64,000 nt of DNA from Balanoglossus misakiensis (taxonomy: Eukaryota > Animalia > Hemichordata), in assembly GCA_040954595.2 (NCBI GenBank), contig CM082578.2:8727519-8791518 (forward strand). The letters run 5' to 3'. The first letter of the stretch is position 1; every line of letters begins with the position of its first letter. Shown here piece by piece: positions 39,201-53,077 of this stretch. Both the position numbers and the translations under genes were made by a program. The notes beneath the pieces were generated by a model, which did not search any database, was not told the DNA's origin, and was given only the letters and a program-made list of their open reading frames with translations.

Positions 39201-41395
39201 ACATCCAGAAGAGCCGTTTGTAGGTTTGGTCTGAAATAACGCCTTGAAGACGTGTCCATGGAACGTCACCATACACTTCACAATGCGTCACGATATACAC
39301 ACGTTCAATTTGACTGTACGTGTCATTAGAAAATTATCATCTTCTCTCGGGAATCAGGCAGTTATATCCCGCATCGACACATTATCCACGAGTCCATTAT
39401 TTTTCTGTCGTTAATTTCGTCGATTCATTTTCTCGTCAAATCTCTACGTACGAAATATTAAAACACTACAAAAGTCTGTGTTGGGTGGAGTAACAAAGAT
39501 ACCGTAATTTGATGGTTTTTTTACGGGATGTTTCCAGCTTAAACTCCGAGATCTGTGATCCCAGTTCGGTCTCAGAAAACGTTAAGGCAATGTCATGGAC
39601 AGAGAGACAGAAAAAACAATCTTAGAGAAACGGCAGCAAACTTTTTTCTTTTGTCGTAGTAGTCTGCCCATTCATCATCGAGCTAGGGGGTCCAAATTTC
39701 AGATCGCATTGTCTGCTTCATTTACCTTGAATGTTAGTCTACCCAACACAGTATTAATTGTTACGATTTATACCCGAAAATCTATTTCGGTCCGAGCCTC
39801 CAAAAGCCTGCAGCTTGGAACCACCACACACAAACAGCAGAAGTCCTGTTCAGAGAAGGATATTACATGAGCTTTTCGGAAATCACAGTCTCAAAATTGC
39901 CGAGTCGATTGTCTTCTGAAAACTCCGAAGTTAAAAGCGCACTCAACAGATGATGCAATATTCTATACTTCATGACAGTATTTTTAAATCAACATCATAA
40001 AAAGAACTTTTCAACGAAAATGCGAAACAATGCTGTTCGTTCGTTGTTTTCAATAAATTATGTTAATTTCGTGAATTGATGCTGGTGGCAGCTTTTCAAT
40101 AATCAAGTGGGATAAAAAGAAATATTTTATCATAATTCACACATGAAAAAACGTGCTTCGGAATTTGTTTTCATATTTTGATCAATGCGCACATGCAGAT
40201 TAAATGGATGACTAAACTTACCTGAATCTACAGCGAAATATTTTTTTTTTCTAAAACGTTTAGTTTTAGAAAAGAGGGGGACAACAAAGTAACAAAGTGT
40301 CCATTTAAAGGGGCATATCTTGTGGACAGCTGACACTTTATTTACCAACAAATCGTTGTGTGTATTGACAAATATTTATCAGTGACCATGTCAACGGGCC
40401 TTTAAACAAGTTCTGTGTGCTATTGGACATGCACAGTATATTTCTGTAAAATATTTCGAACAGTTGCGCTTTGGGGGAGTTAAACAACGCAAACATGGAA
40501 CTTTGAAACACAAGTATGTGAAAAAAATATACTCAGAAGCGGTTTATTCCAGAATTCTTAATGTTTTACTTATTACTCTCGATATCCGGCATAATGCGGC
40601 AATTCTAATGAGAAGCGCATGCGCATTGGGTGGCAATCTGTCACACAATAGGTAGAGCGCTGCCCAGCAGTGCCAGCCTTGGCTAAGGTTGACACATACA
40701 ATAGAACAGCTGATCGCTTCGCAGAGAGCGCTTCGCAGCTGAGTCAGAGAGAGGAGCGCGACTGCAATACATTGACATTTCAAGTCGGGCGCACACAGAA
40801 GTGTGCGGTGGACATTTCAACAATAAAACAGACCTGTACCGGTGCAAAAATATTTTCCTACTTATGCCCTGGTAAATTCGCTTAATACCATCACCAAAAC
40901 ACATACTTAAATATTTTTTTCCGTGCGGAAATTTTCTTACCTTCTCCACAAGGGCGATATGACCACAAAACTAGTACAACGACCCTACATTTCCGCAATA
41001 ACACGGTTTATAGTACTAGTATTCATACTTTCATTTTTAAAATGTGTTTGCAAAAGTATTGCTATGACTTCACCGCATAATTTTGTAGGCTTGACCGTCG
41101 CTATTTTTTAAATAAAAGAAATGAAATTGAACAAATGTCAAAATGTGGAATTTTTAACTCAAAACAAAGCAAAATTTTGCGGAAAAAAAGACCTACCTGT
41201 TTCTGCCTGTGAACCTCCGAAAGCGTCGAGCAATGCTACATAGAGAACGCCAAAGGAGAAAAATCCTCCAGCGACGATCATAAAAACGAGAAACATTGCA
41301 GCGACGACGAACCATCCATAACCGCCATCTGGAACTTTATGCCTGGCATGATGATGATGGTGGTGGTGGTGGTGATGTTTTCCTGCAGTAGCCAT
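33298..41395 (-). CDS. SLC16 / monocarboxylate transporter family MFS protein (6 exons, about 667 aa)
   Basis: Exons 41395-41197, 37962-37777, 37437-36467, 35564-35360, 34157-33993, 33575-33298, total 2004 nt in frame. SLC16 motifs PDGGYGW, YFRKKLSIAMGIALAGSGIG, YGWRG, LLRP; long acidic TM6-7 loop; GWMRDMTGIY. Confidence 0.94.
40309..40401. mobile_element. Possible small TTAA-flanked (Kolobok-like) element in SLC16 intron 1
   Basis: ttaa|AGGGGC...GGGCCT|ttaa. The TIRs are short and imperfect. Confidence 0.3.
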
Positions 41396-43365
41396 TGTGA
41401 ATGTCCTAAGCAAGATGCGATATCGTGGAACCTGGCCAAAGCTATCGCCTACTACCAGCCGGCTGCTTTTTTTAATCTAAGATAGGAATTTAGGACAAAG
41501 GGCGTTCACGTCTCATTCTCTCGGTTGCAAGTGCCAACTGAAATGTTTCCAGCTTTCGCAATCCAGCTTAGATCAGCTGCGGTTGGTGAAAAACTGGTTT
41601 GCGCTGGTTCAATCGTGAAAAAGGTTGTTTACGTCGATCAGCTGAGCGCTGCTTATCCCGGTGCGCGTGCGTAGTTGAGACGGCGTTGTGAAATAGCGCC
41701 GAATAACAATGGCCCGTACCATTTTTGCGCGTAGGGTGTGCTCTTTACCGTTACCGATGATGCAATCTGGTGGGAGGGGCAAGAGTGGACGGATGTGAAT
41801 TGTGCCGGTGAAATAGACTATCGTGAAAGTGGGCTAAGGTCGAACCGCTGCTTTTTTAAGACACTAAACTGGGGCGCTAAACACTGCGTCGTTATTTTCA
41901 ACCAACTTTAGGTTCATAAACCTGGTCGAACACCAACCCTTCTGGATATTATCCATGCTCACTTTCCCATTTGGGAATGCTTCTCATGGCGGATCCCATG
42001 TTGCCGCAATATCACACAGGTTGCCATGGACGGGAATAATGACGTTACAGGGAGCAGCCCTGCATTCGAAGGTCTTTCGAATTGCCTTGAAATCCACACT
42101 TGAAAATACTTATAGATTCATCGTGTTCTTGACACTGCACTGCACCTCGCCGCAGGAATTCATTCATTTGCTAAGAGTGGACCCAATCTAATTAAATGTC
42201 GCATATTGACACGACGTACTATTGAGATTGGCGGGCTACAGTGTCATCGACATGATGCAGGAGAATATAGTAGTTCAGTGGTCAGAAATAGTGTCGATCA
42301 GGGCTCACACAAAACCCCTGTTATAGAACCCGAGAAAATCATGTTGGGACCATACTGCCGGTGTAGTGTTTGGGGTGAGGACAAAATTCGTTTTATTTTC
42401 AGTATTTCCCACGGGGCCGGATGATTTCACGACACATGAATTTTAGAAAAAATACAACGTGGACTGTAGAGTATATTGGCTAAAACTGGTTCTGACACAG
42501 GCGGAAGTGACAGCCAGACAACTGGGTTGGTCTGTCTGAAAAGGGTCATTCCGGCGGAGGTCAGTGTACCTGAAATCCAAAACCCGCACGAACAATGATA
42601 AAATATTCAATAGTTTTCCAGCGAGAGCTGACAGTTCAACAATGATGCATTGCGCGACCCACACGCAAGGACACCCCAAGTTCACATAATTTAGCCACTG
42701 ATTATTAAAACAAACAAAACAAACGCAATGCGGACACTGTGCTGACGTGAAGTATAAATAGGTTGTGAATCATAAATCATTCATACTAGTAGTTTGCAAT
42801 CGCTTTGTTTGCGATTCAGTCGCATTGCATTGTGGGGAAAGGAAGATTTGCTTCGGGAATAGGGGTGATGGCAGACCTGGTTGACATAAATTGCGAGTCC
42901 CAGGGACCTGTTCATTGTTTGGCAAAGATTAAAATGTGCAGACACTTTTTGTCTGCAATTTTCTGTCACTGCGGCATTTTAGCGGCACAGAATATTCGCC
43001 ATTTATTTTGAGTGGTGTGATGTGATGTGCGGGCATGCAATCCAGTATTACCCGTGCACGCATTGCGACCATCGATACAGATACATGTAGTACAGGTTGC
43101 AATCAAGTTTAAACTTACCATATTATTAATTTACCCTATTTTAGAATACATTTCACAAATAGACACTAGGGACATATGTATAATATTCAACATGCATTTT
43201 ATATTGATTGCGTCACTCTCCTTCCATCTCCGCCGAGTTCTGTTTCGACATCGCAAAGGCATGAAAAGGGCGCGGCGCCGGACCGCGTGACACGTACGTC
43301 ATGCATCTAACAGAAGGCGGCGGTGTATGATACTAGTAGTAGAATATTGTATTGAAACCGCCTTA

Positions 43366-44167
43366 GGCTGCATTCACAAACACCTCTGGAGGGGGGGGCG
43401 GGAGAATTCAAATTTTTTTACCGCTAATTTTCACATGCCCCCCTTCCGAACTGCCAATATTTTCAAATCCCCCCCTTCCGAACTGCCAAAATTTTGAAAT
43501 CCCCCCCCCCCATTTTCTTTCACTGAGCAAAACACATCACCTATCTATCTTGTAAAAAGAAAAACAGCGCTCCCATGAAAAGAATTTGAAACTGATGTTT
43601 TCCCTCATCAGTGGGTATTAAAACTGAACATTGTTTTTATTTTTTAAGTACATATATTTGTATTCTGTGTTGGGAGACATTGTAAACCGAGAATTGAAGG
43701 GGGTGGGTTTGGGAGGGGGTGTCCCCCTCCCACGTAAGAAAATTTTCTAAAATACAGAGCTCAAAGCTGCATTTTAATGAACCCGGCAAAAGCAAATTAA
43801 CTCAACTACCGGTATGTTGGGGAGGACAAATTTAACCGTCGCTGCTCAAAGTTATTATGGGGTGGGGGCAAGTCCCCTGACCTGGGATACTAGATAAACC
43901 AGTCAATGATTGAAAGGTGTTGATGAATGGAGGGGGTGGGTGTGGGAGGGGGTGTCCCCCTCCCACATTAGGAAATTTTGTAAAATAAAGGGCGCGAAAC
44001 TGCATTTTTGTGGACTCAAAATAAATATTTAGTCGTTAAAGTTTTCAAGTCCCCCCCTTTCAGTCCCTAAATTATTTCAAATCCCCCCCCTTACATACCC
44101 TCAATTTTTTCAAATCCCCCCCTCAATTCTCCTGCCCCCCCCTCCAGAGGTGTTTGTGAATGCAGCC
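43366..44167. mobile_element. 802-bp PIF/Harbinger (Tourist-like) MITE
   Basis: About 40-bp TIRs ggctgcattcacaaacacctctggaggggggggc(g/a)ggagaatt; TTA TSD at 43363-43365 and 44168-44170; repeated tttcaaatccccccc units near both ends; internal duplicated gggagggggtgtccccctcccac. Confidence 0.92.
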
Positions 44168-44810
44168 TTAATACATCGACATAGAGCAAGGAGTCAGGGT
44201 GGGGTGTTGGTATGTCACAGAGAATGCCTATACACATGCCGGCCTACAGTCTGCCATTCAAACCCTGCTGCGCCGTACGTGCATTCCTCTGAGCAACATA
44301 TTAAGCTCTGAGTCAGTTGTGGCTTGGACAACACTTATTGAACTCCTTTCGTTGATCAGATTTTTTCGGAGTTTACATTCTAAGCTGAGGTTAAAACATG
44401 AAAACTATGCGTGTGTTTTTTCGATGGGGCGACATATTAAACTTCCCGGCCTAACCCGTGCACAGCATAGCCACAGTCCAACGAAGTGTCCAAACAGTCC
44501 AAAGAAGTAGAGTTGCTTTAAACCTGTAGGCCTTATTCCCCCAAAATGGTGATTTGAGTGAACTGTTCCATTTTCCTCAAATGAGCGGCCCTCATCGACC
44601 CACTCCCGTATTTTCCCGAGAAAAAAAATCGCAAGGAAATAGGCTGTAACTACTTGACTTGGGTCGAATTGTTTGTTTGGTAGGCTACGTACCATCTGTG
44701 TACATGTCACGGTCTAATTGCCATGTATTGCCCAGATACTTTCACGTTTACATATACATGACTATGCATTTTCGTTCGGTCATGTGTACTGTTTACCTAT
44801 ATTAACTATC

Positions 44811-44873
44811 TGATTGATTGATTGATCGATCGATCGATCGGTTGGTTGGTTGGTCGGTTGGTTGGTTGGTTGG
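44811..44873. repeat. Compound tetranucleotide microsatellite (GATT)n(GATC)n(GGTT)n
   Basis: Read directly from the sequence. Confidence 0.85.
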
Positions 44874-47800
44874 TGCCTCCATTGACGTACACAAGTAGCG
44901 CATTCTATATGATGTTCATATATGACGATGTAGAAAGCCTATACCAAGACTGTAAAACTTTCGTCGGACACTCAAACTAAACTCCGGCTGAACCAGCCCG
45001 TTTATTTATTTCTGACAAAATAAAGCTGTGGTGAATGATTAATTTAGACCCATTGTATTGATGTTATTTCGGTTGCTACATCGATGACGTTATAATAGTG
45101 CTGTGTCCGACTTGGACCGGGTCTTTACTGTCTGTAGTGTCTGCCCTTCTGTCTGGATTTGCGCGGATCAATGACATTTGAAAAGGCACCAAGGACGATA
45201 GTTAATCCGTGTGGACCTAAAGGAATGGACTGTTTGAGGACGGTAGACATTTGCCTGCAGTTCAGGGGTCGGTACCGATCAAGCTGCCGTCGGGGTTTTA
45301 AAAATCGCAGAGATCGAGACCGTATGAGTCACTGTGTCCCGAAAAGAGGGGTTTGAACAGTATGTGTGCGTGTGTATCTCTCCGTGTGTACGGTGTACGC
45401 AAAACCAGGCGTTTTTAAAGCAGGAACCTAGGCTGCATATTATGCTACAAAAATCTAACATTCAAAGATATGAAGCCAAACGTTTTCCGTGTTTACACGA
45501 GTATTGCATCATCATCCTGTCACCTTTGAGGTAAAACTCATTAAAAATAATCTCCATATTTTCCGCAGATGGTCACCATCAGCGTCGAACGTGACCCTAA
45601 ATGTTCACGTGACCAGTTTTCATGTCAGTGGACTTATGCAACACCAGCATATGGCTTGACCTTCACATATTTACTGACCACAACAAGTCTTCAACGCTAC
45701 CATGCGACCAATCGATAATTTCCGCTCGCGAGTAACGCACATCTTTCCGGACTTTTAAATGCAACAGACTGATTGACAATAACAGTTGTGATTTCACAAA
45801 AATGTGGAATGTTATTATTGATTAACGCTTCGAGTTATCTACATGGAAGCGTTTTAGTTGGGCGCTCGTTCGGTCATTGTAGGTTAAAATGTTTAGGCCT
45901 ACATAGAAACATATTCAACGAAAGCAAGGGGGAACAAAATCCACTATCGCTGTCAACGTCGACGGTGCGATATCCATTGTATGCAAATAGCACCGAAAGG
46001 TCGTGAATATGTAAATGACCCTGCATATTTGTGTTCGATCCACTCAGTAGTGAATTTGACCTCCAACCGTTGTTTGCACTACGGCGTTACAATCACGTTA
46101 GAAAGCGGACTGAATTGAAACAATGGGGCGTTGTCATAGCGGTCACTACCATAGCCTATACGACTGTTCATCGGCTAGTCAAAACAAACGATTTCAAAGT
46201 CAGTGTGAAATACATTACATTAGCAACGAGGGAGCATTTTAAAATTTTAATGTGTGTATTTGGGACTGAATAAAGGACAAATCGTGCCACCAAGGTCAAC
46301 TGCATCAAAGCGAACTACTCCATAAACGTCAACTGTCAATGCTATCCCTTTATAGTTGCCGGGAACAAAACACCAGTAATATGATATCCTCGTTGATAAC
46401 AATAGCGGCGTGCATTTTATTGGGTGAATTAGATTTTCTCGATCATGTCAGTCAACGTACCGTATAGAATGACGGTGTCACACTCGACGCCAGAAGCATT
46501 GGGAAAGATAAGTGACCGGAAGAGCTATGGGAGAGTATAGTAGACGAATTCAAAATACGTATCTGTTTACTTTATAATACTGTTCCATTATTGTGACCGC
46601 CTGAATTTTTCACTGTTTCAATCGATCGAATCGATTTCAAAGGCATTCTTTTCTCACACGCATTCCATAAAGGCGCAATTCCCTTATCAGTTTTATATAA
46701 AATCTGATGGATTAACTTGATAAATATTTCAATAAAAATAAACCAATGCCTTCCATCACATTCAGTGTCATATCAGGTCTAATGCGAGAACTTGGGATTG
46801 AAAATTGCTTGATGATGGAGAAAAAAATATGTTGTCTGGGAATCGACGCACTAGCGATGTCGACGGGCGCAGAATCGGTTGGAGGAGAAGCTGGGGCCAA
46901 GGGCTGATACAGAGATCGTTTTGGAATTGACAGACGATGATAATTGTGCTCATATATTCAGTGGCAGGTTAACTTTATGTTTTGTGTGCAATGACGCTTT
47001 TTGTCAATATTTTACTGATGATCATGACCTTTCTTTAAATGCCTTTTCTCTCTCCACGACGATGAACGGACGGATGGTTGTATTCACCGCATTGTAGATT
47101 CATTAGCAAAAGACCATACCGCTATATTTTGACGACAAGAATACAAACACACGCAAACGTGGCACAACATGCTAGAGGCATAAATCTACACAATCTCTTT
47201 TCGCAGAACTGATGTCATAATAGTATGCAACGTGCACGTGTTCAGAAACATGCTCATGTGGCATGATGTCTTCCACAGCAAGGTGACCCTGACATTATGA
47301 CGGAGCACAGTCCCTCTATGATGGAGAGACCGTGGACGGAGATACCTTGCACATGCACGTTATCCCCCGACTAGTATTGTAATAAATTCCTAGTAAGAAT
47401 GGAAGAAATTGTGTCGTTTCTCCTCCGTAAATGTTCGTTTTCCCGCCACATTTCGGGCTTGGGCCGGGGTTGTGATCTCGTCTATCGCTATCTCGGTATC
47501 GGCGACTTATCGCGTGTTTTAGCATCTACACGAGCCTACTGTATATGGTTCAGCGTCTTAATTGTCAGTCTTTACACAAGATATGTCTAATGGTTTGTAA
47601 ATAAAAAACACTCTAACAATCTTCAGTTAGAAATCTCCGTGATCGTTTCATTGATATGTGCACAAATATAACTGTAAACGCCTCTGTGACGTCACGCAGG
47701 GTCTGAGTGTGCGCCTCAGCTGTCGTTATGAGGTTGCTGTTTATTGGTGGATGCAGTTAGGCTTTCATCTTTAATCTCTAAACCCTTTCGTAATCTCGAT

Positions 47801-48361
47801 CGGAGATAATCGAGATTAGTAGCAATCTGGTAAAAGAAATCCGATGCTCAGGTGTCGGGTGTTTTCTCCTGAATCATGATACCTAATCTTATTTCGCAGT
47901 TTTGTTCTAAAAAAAAACACGACAAAGATATTAGTAAGCAGAGAGACAGAAACATGTGTGTAAATGTCTAAAACGTATTTCCGTAAATATACGACAGAGT
48001 GCACTTTTATTAAAACAGTTATTGGCCCTATGTGACAGCGAACAAAATGCCACGAATAACATATGAGATATTGGGGAGAGAATAAAGTATATAGTGGACT
48101 TTGCCCCAATGATAAATAAATGAGACAACTATTGGCGGGATGTTTGCAGGTGCGCTGAATGCTAACTGAGCGGTGTGTCTGTCACAGCGAGCAACAGGTG
48201 GTCAAAACAAAACTTTTTAACTACCAAGCATATCATTTGAGCAATTAGGGGTCCCGGGATGCGTGAAAAAGTGTGGTCTCTGAAATTGTTCACTTTTAAG
48301 CGTAGTGGCTATCCGACCTGGAACCCCCTCTCCCTCACCCCCTCTCCCTTCCCATCTCTCA

Positions 48362-48428
48362 CTGTCTGTCTGTCTGTCTGTCTGTCTCTCCTCCCTCCCT
48401 CTCCCCCTTCTCTCTCTCTCTCTCTCTC
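48362..48428. repeat. (TCTG)n/(TC)n pyrimidine-rich microsatellite
   Basis: Read directly from the sequence. Confidence 0.8.
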
Positions 48429-51400
48429 AATTCCAACACGTACAGCCCTATAACACTTAGTAAGCTTGGGGATTTTTCGCATGGTTGGCTACACAAGAAT
48501 GACCTAGATGAACCGGTTCGTGCCATTGTTTGTGGTCAGAACAACATTTGTCTGGGATTTGTGCAGCGCTGCGTTGCACAATGCAGACTCCAATACCATA
48601 TATAGACTAATCACTACCAGGCCTGGCAGTTTTAGCATGGCCGTCGGTGATTGGCCGAAGCGGTGTGTCTGTATTGTCCTTCCCCCGTGCACACGCTGTC
48701 GTCGTATAAGCTGAGGGTCTCAGACATTTATTACAATTGTTTGAGCTAAAATCAATCTAAACTATAAACTATGGTGAAAAGTAATAATCAACAAACTCCG
48801 GCTTGTAGATTTGGATGTACCAAAGTCTCCTTTTACAGAAGTGTCTGTGGAATAAATCATTCCAGTCACTATCCAAAGAATGTAATAATTACACGTTGAG
48901 TAAACTTTATACTAAACGTTATTCAAGGAACATGGAGGGTCGTATACAATAATTTTGAAACCATAAAATTAAACACACCTCAAAATTTGAACACGTTAAT
49001 GCAACGTTTGTAAGGACAAAACGCCCGACACTAAAGGCAGCTATAGCTACAGGAAAATTCCATTCAAAAGGAATGAATGAAATTTTCCTTCGCCTGTGGA
49101 AATTTTCAAATGCAACACATGGTTCAAATGGCGAAATGAAACCGGTGGAAAATTTAGGTTAAATTCAACGGGTCAGATTCCATAGGATTTGATATCCTAT
49201 TTATGATTGACCCTAATCCCGACAATTGTCCCTGCACTTTTCGATGTCCCCACGTTCACCTTGGGTATTTGAAGGGAGTGGGACTCGCATACTGACCCGA
49301 GTAGCTTCTAACCAGGACTGACCCCACTCAGACTCTCTGAACAATATAAAAACAGACAAAACAGCGCATGTCATTCGCTTTTCCTCTTTCTATAACTTTT
49401 TTTCGATAAAGTGTCTGGCCTTTCGTTGATCACGACTCAAAAGATCCGCCTTTGCACAATGCACACACAGTCCGACTGTCAATAAAATGTTTGTGCGCAC
49501 TGCACTGCCGCGGAGACAGAGAGGGTTACGCCTTATCAGTTGAAGTGACCGGATGAGGCCTTTTAAACTAAAATTCTTTGTTTGGTGTCCTCGTATTCGG
49601 CAAAGATGAACCCCGCCAGCCAGGTGAAAATCATAAAATAAAAACTCAACAACATATGATGTGCTGCATGTTGCGATATTGAAATGAAAACTAAAGCCTG
49701 CGCGTATAATAAACTAATTTATTATAGTCTATCCTTCTAAGACCAACTCATCCCAACCCGTTCGAAAATGTAGAGAAGTGACTTTTCTGTCTTGTCAAGA
49801 GATATTGAGCGGTCAGGGTCAGGGTTAGCTGCATCATGGACCTTAGAGAGAAGCAGGTGGAGCCTTCTATCATCCATACAAGATAGTTTACCCGACGTCG
49901 CACACCTGTCGATACCGTTACGATACATTTTAATCACCTTTCTGCAATTAATTTGCTTCATTTTGATCGATTATTGGGTCTGGCTTAGTTAATTGGTCGC
50001 CCCACCAACAATGTAAATTATAGAAAACCGCGATTTTTGACCGAAAAAGTGCGCTTTCCCATCTTTACTGAAAAACGTACTCTCACGCGGTCGGCGAACA
50101 ACTTGAAAGAATCTAATTTGAGCCGCCAAATGACAAAGACTACAAGTGTATCCTGTCGGCTTTGCTTCATTCCTTCACGAATTATCACATGCAACAAAAC
50201 AGCCACATGTATCAACGTATCCCCAGGTATAAAGTTCAATGTCGTGAAATTGGGTGGATTAGACACTGTCCTTGGTAAGGCCTATTTATATCGTCAATTT
50301 TCATGCAACAGCTGATCGCCATTTCGGACACAATAGTTGTCTGCAATTCCGTGAACAAAGGAATCGCTGTTCAGAGCAACAACGACCAAACCTCAGCATT
50401 CCGAGCTAAAAGGAGTAGAATCACGCTTTCACCCTGTGATCGGAATAAACCCAAAGTAGAAAACTATTTAATAATTCTGAAAAGGTGTGGAATTTGATTG
50501 TGAGACAATCTTGAGATAGTGAGACATCTCGGGTGTGGGTAGTCGGCCATGGGATGTGTCTACGCACAATTATTCATGTTCAAAGCACAGTCGGAAACAC
50601 ATTTCTAAGTTTTGTTCTGTCAAATTACTCATCAAGCCTTCTGGGCTAACGGTATAATATTTTAAAGCTCCATTACCCGAAAGTTTCGACTAGTTTTTCA
50701 GGGTAATTTTCAAAATATATTTCTTGCTCAAATCCATGAAGATTAATGAAGTTCCCGGTATTCAGCTGAACAACACAACTATTGTGTTTACAATCAGCAC
50801 TGTTTGTTGAAAATTGGATTCAAGTCCAGACCAGAATTCACTTGTCAACTAAAACAATGGGCCGTAAAATAGTCGTAAATTTTCGATTATCTGATATGAT
50901 TACTGTCTATACAATGACGTCACTGTGTTAATATGTGACTTGTGAGACCAAAGACAAAGAAATATTTCTCCCTTTTTCTGTTGTCTGTGGTGAGATACAT
51001 TGTGTGAAATGTCAGAGATTGGCAGCCTTTGCCAACGCATTCATTGTCAACATATCTGACTCCAGTACAGAACGATGAATGCAATATACCCGTTAATATT
51101 TCACAGATAATGCCACCATTCAGTGGGAAATTTACATATTAACTTGTTTTGACCCATCCCTTGAACACCTACATTTTTGTATATTAAACACCCTCAACTC
51201 CGACTGTCTCTTGCTTTCAGGAGAAAATACAGCATGCTGCGACTGTGCCTAAGGGAGCGTTCAGTTATTATAAGATGTGGGCCGGAAGAAATAGGAGATG
51301 CTCACAAGGACCATCCTCAATTTCCCCTGACCCACCCACCTCATAGTATCTGAAAGCTGCCTAAGCGATTCCGAATCAAACATGTATCATAGTCCGACTC

Positions 51401-52115
51401 GGTTAATTAAATTCTGTTGTCGAGTATGCATATTATTGTTGTGGTTGTTTGTCGCAGAAAACGAACCAAGGCACCCGTCAATCAAGATGGTCAGACAATA
51501 GGTGCTGTCAGTTTTTGAACCAAACACGATGGAACACGTATCGCTTCCATTTGTCTTCAAAGAATTAGGGCTTCCAAAATTAGAATTATTTGTCACAGTT
51601 ATGCAAACATGGATATTAGGGATTACAACAACTGTCTGTGTTTGGTGCTCATATACTTAAATTCAAGACGTAACTTGATTTAAAAATGGCACGCTAGAGT
51701 ATTAGGATAGTAGTTACTTCAGTGAACGTCTCATGATTGCCGTATAAAGACGACAATCATTCGGTATATATTGAACACCTATTGCCTGGCCATGAGGGCC
51801 ATAGCAGCCGTTTATTACCCCCGAGGGTGAGTTACCAGAATTACATGCTATTTTCCGAGGCCGTAGGGACAATTTTATAGTTTTCATCTCGCGACATCGA
51901 TAAGCTCATGCATAATATGAGGTTTAAGTATTGAAGAGGACCCCAAGTGTCGGACGTTGGACTCCCGCAAAGACAACTTGTTGGCGTATACGTAACTAAG
52001 TTAAATATAACTGTAAATGTAAGCCGTGTCGGTATCTTTTATCAGTATAAGTACTTCCACGAGCTTCGCCAGATAAACGTGACCAGGTAATTTACATACC
52101 TTGCACGAACCCAGG

Positions 52116-52428
52116 GGTTCGGAAGGTCAGACAGAGGTCATCCAGGTAAAAGCATTGCATTTCAATTCACGTTGCCACACCACGTCATTTATATAACGAT
52201 TACGGATCGCCTATAGTTTTATAACTGTATGAATATCGAGTTTTGTGCAGATAGTTCTCTTGGGCATTCTGACTCGATTATTTTGCAAACACTTCACGAC
52301 CGGGATCGATTCTGATCGACTGCTCCTCGCAGTGTCAACAGTGACAGGACGATGTACGGCTTTTGCCTGCAATTCTCCCGACATTTCTCCGCTACCACAT
52401 GTCAAGCAATGCAAGGTCAACCTGACCT
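52116..52428. promoter_or_regulatory. Candidate nuclear-receptor enhancer: perfect DR5 and perfect IR3
   Basis: AGGTCA-gacag-AGGTCA at 52124-52140, and caAGGTCA-acc-TGACCTtg with core at 52414-52428. Confidence 0.4.
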
Positions 52429-52809
52429 TGGACTATAAATGTAACTTAAGAAATGTTTCCCAAGGTTTTTTAAATATGCCTGCCAGGGTAAGGGTTTCTC
52501 CTGGGAAGTAGATATGCTGAAGCCCCACAAGTGGTTAATAAACCGTAGACCCCACACTCCAGGGTCTAGTGTTATGGTGCATACTATTTCACAAGCTCCA
52601 GGGACAGAGAAAAATTCCTTCAAGTAGGAGCTAATAGAGACACCGACCTAGTGAACGGGCAGCGAGTCAACAATAACTGTTTTTTTTCTAGTATTAAAGT
52701 TTGCTGTGTGTCATCGGTCCTACGTCTCGCTGGGTTGTATTTGCTGGGAAGGACGGCCAATAGAGAAATATGGCTATTTGACAGAACTGCAGCAGGTAGC
52801 CTACAGTAT

Positions 52810-53077
52810 ACACATGATGACTGACAATGAGGGCAACAGTGTATTTTGATGACCGAGGGTGCTGCTAGTCACAACTAAAACAGTCTTGTTTTGGTGTGAC
52901 TGGCAGTCCCGAGGTCATTAAAAATACACTGTTGCCCGAATATGTCAGCCATCATGTGTTTTATAACACACCAAACCGATCGAACTGATGCCCCAGGCAA
53001 CAGTACAAAATGACTAAGGTCACGTGATGTCGTATTGACGAATCACGATCGAGGGTTCGCTGCATGGTGTGTTATAA
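52810..53077. mobile_element. Palindromic non-autonomous element: 150-bp hairpin plus a second inverted repeat
   Basis: Nested arms acacatgatg..tgaca/tgtca..catcatgtgt, gggcaacagtgtatttt/aaaatacactgttgccc and tgc(t/c)agtcaca/tgtgactggca span 52810-52959. They are followed by ttataacacacca (52961) ... tggtgtgttataa (53077). Confidence 0.65.
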
